Source: Gemmatales bacterium (lineage in GTDB: Bacteria; Planctomycetota; Planctomycetia; Gemmatales; HRBIN36). From it: 64,000 bases of DNA. Under the pieces are notes generated by a model, which worked only from the letters and a program-made list of their open reading frames with translations, ran no database searches and had not been told where the DNA came from. Positions 62,861-64,000 of this stretch are shown here, one piece after another; position 1 is the first letter of the stretch, and each line of letters opens with the position of its first letter. The position numbers and the translations under genes were made by a program. The DNA is taken from the NCBI GenBank assembly GCA_025055835.1, contig JANWWR010000026.1, positions 14,220 to 78,219 on the forward strand, written 5' to 3'.

Positions 62861-63991
62861 TCACAAACCCGGCAGCAAGTCGAACTGATGCAGCATGACG
62901 ACCACGAAGCCGAGGTAAGCCGCTGCCGCTAACAAAAAGGCCCAGAGTTTTGGGGAGGAAGATCGGGCCTGCGGCTGTACCTGCTTCGGGGGAATCTCCG
63001 CCGTGACGTAGCCGGGGTCCCACGCTTCGCCGTCGCTACGGAACCAGCGGACCTGCGTTTGCCAAAAAAGCACAAGCAGAGTCACCACCGCGAACACGGT
63101 GGAGATCAGGACCGCCGGCGGCAGTGCGCCGTTTTCCTCCCACCGATTCATGACCTGGGACAATTGCGGAAGCGTCTCCCCCAGCGCCGTCGGCGAAAAG
63201 GCGATGGCGTTGTTCAGAGCGTGCAGGAGCATCGGAGCCAGAAGCGATTTAGAAGTCAGAAAGACGACGTGCAGCACGACGCCGATGAACGCCGCGTAGC
63301 AGATCTGCACCGGCTCGACGTGAATCAGTCCGAAAAACAGCGACGTCAGCAGGATGCCCGGAACGACGCCCCAGCGGGCCACCAGGCCGCGGCCAAGGAA
63401 TCCACGGCAAAAGATTTCCTCGCTGACCCCAGGGATGACCGCTCCGGCCAGAAGCACTATGTCATACGGCGCGCTCGTGACGGTTTCCTCCAATTCCTCC
63501 AGCAGGCCAATTTCCGGCATCACCTGCATGGCCAGCACCGCGACCTGGAGCACCAAAAGATAAAGCGGAGGTGCCAGCAGACAGACCAGGACGACGTGGG
63601 TCAACGTCGGCAGGCGGATCGCCAACGCCCGGCGAAAGCGACCCCGCAACGCCAGGCCGGTGATGACCAGCACAGCGGCCAGCACCGAGACCGTCCCCAG
63701 GATCAGCATGGCTACCGGCTCTTTCAGCGCCTCCTGCCCGGCTCTAAGCCCCGCCGAACCTTTGGTCAGGACGAAGCCCATCGTAATCGCCATCGCTATA
63801 AACAGCACCACCACGAACTGGATGCCAAGAAAAGCCAAGGACCACACGAAGGCCATCGGCAAGCCCGGACCCGGAGGCCGCGGTCTCAGGTCCGGTATCT
63901 CCATCGGCTCAGGGACGGCTATCGCTTCGAGAGGCGCGACGGATTCGACAGGCGGTTGAGGCGCTATTGGCTCACGGGGCTGATCGTGCAT
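62861..63991 (-). CDS. CPBP-family intramembrane glutamic endopeptidase (CAAX protease-like)
   Basis: The three CPBP motifs are present: SEEIFCRGF (EExxxR), FFGLIHV (FxxxH) and LLHALNNA (HxxxN). Multiple TM helices. Confidence 0.85.
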   Translation of the reverse strand: MHDQPREPIAPQPPVESVAPLEAIAVPEPMEIPDLRPRPPGPGLPMAFVWSLAFLGIQFVVVLFIAMAITMGFVLTKGSAGLRAGQEALKEPVAMLILGTVSVLAAVLVITGLALRGRFRRALAIRLPTLTHVVLVCLLAPPLYLLVLQVAVLAMQVMPEIGLLEELEETVTSAPYDIVLLAGAVIPGVSEEIFCRGFLGRGLVARWGVVPGILLTSLFFGLIHVEPVQICYAAFIGVVLHVVFLTSKSLLAPMLLHALNNAIAFSPTALGETLPQLSQVMNRWEENGALPPAVLISTVFAVVTLLVLFWQTQVRWFRSDGEAWDPGYVTAEIPPKQVQPQARSSSPKLWAFLLAAAAYLGFVVVMLHQFDLLPGL

Positions 63992-64000
63992 TTCTTCTCC

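Overview
High-GC (about 60%) and densely coding chromosomal segment. The gene content looks like Planctomycetota: DUF1080/3-keto-disaccharide-hydrolase-like protein, a giant 'PVC-type' CxxCH heme-binding/dehydrogenase-like protein, GH57 next to glgA, two GT39 ArnT/PMT-like transferases, and many signal-peptide/lipobox proteins. I can support about 50 CDS. I saw no rRNA, tRNA, CRISPR array, transposase, integrase or phage genes, so this reads as core chromosome rather than an accessory island. Recognisable housekeeping genes: queC/queF (divergent), a pentose-phosphate block (rpe, gnd, fused transaldolase-PGI), argG, an AroD-AroE-like fusion, glgA+GH57, beta-carbonic anhydrase+SulP/STAS transporter, csrA, a GntP permease, and a Ski2-like helicase. 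I found no convincing complete 'new system'. The best candidates for under-described biology, all modest: (1) a translationally coupled carotenoid glycoside-ester operon (two CrtI-family desaturases, acyltransferase, GT2) with no synthase gene, preceded by a LolA/LolB-like lipoprotein; (2) an AroD-AroE-like fusion whose canonical catalytic motifs look substituted in both halves; (3) a bacterial LITAF-like membrane zinc-ribbon protein just upstream of the helicase; (4) a DUF1080 / degenerate membrane-anchored Gfo-Idh-MocA-like / membrane-anchored PQQ-propeller trio; (5) a GT39 followed by a polytopic membrane protein with an NlpC/P60-like Cys-His domain; (6) a roughly 700-nt poorly coding gap upstream of the CA-SulP pair; (7) an intergenic array of four GCGAGCGGRCCGC boxes. 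All functional calls come from motif recognition by eye. No database search was run, and start codons were chosen from SD-like motifs and N-terminal logic.
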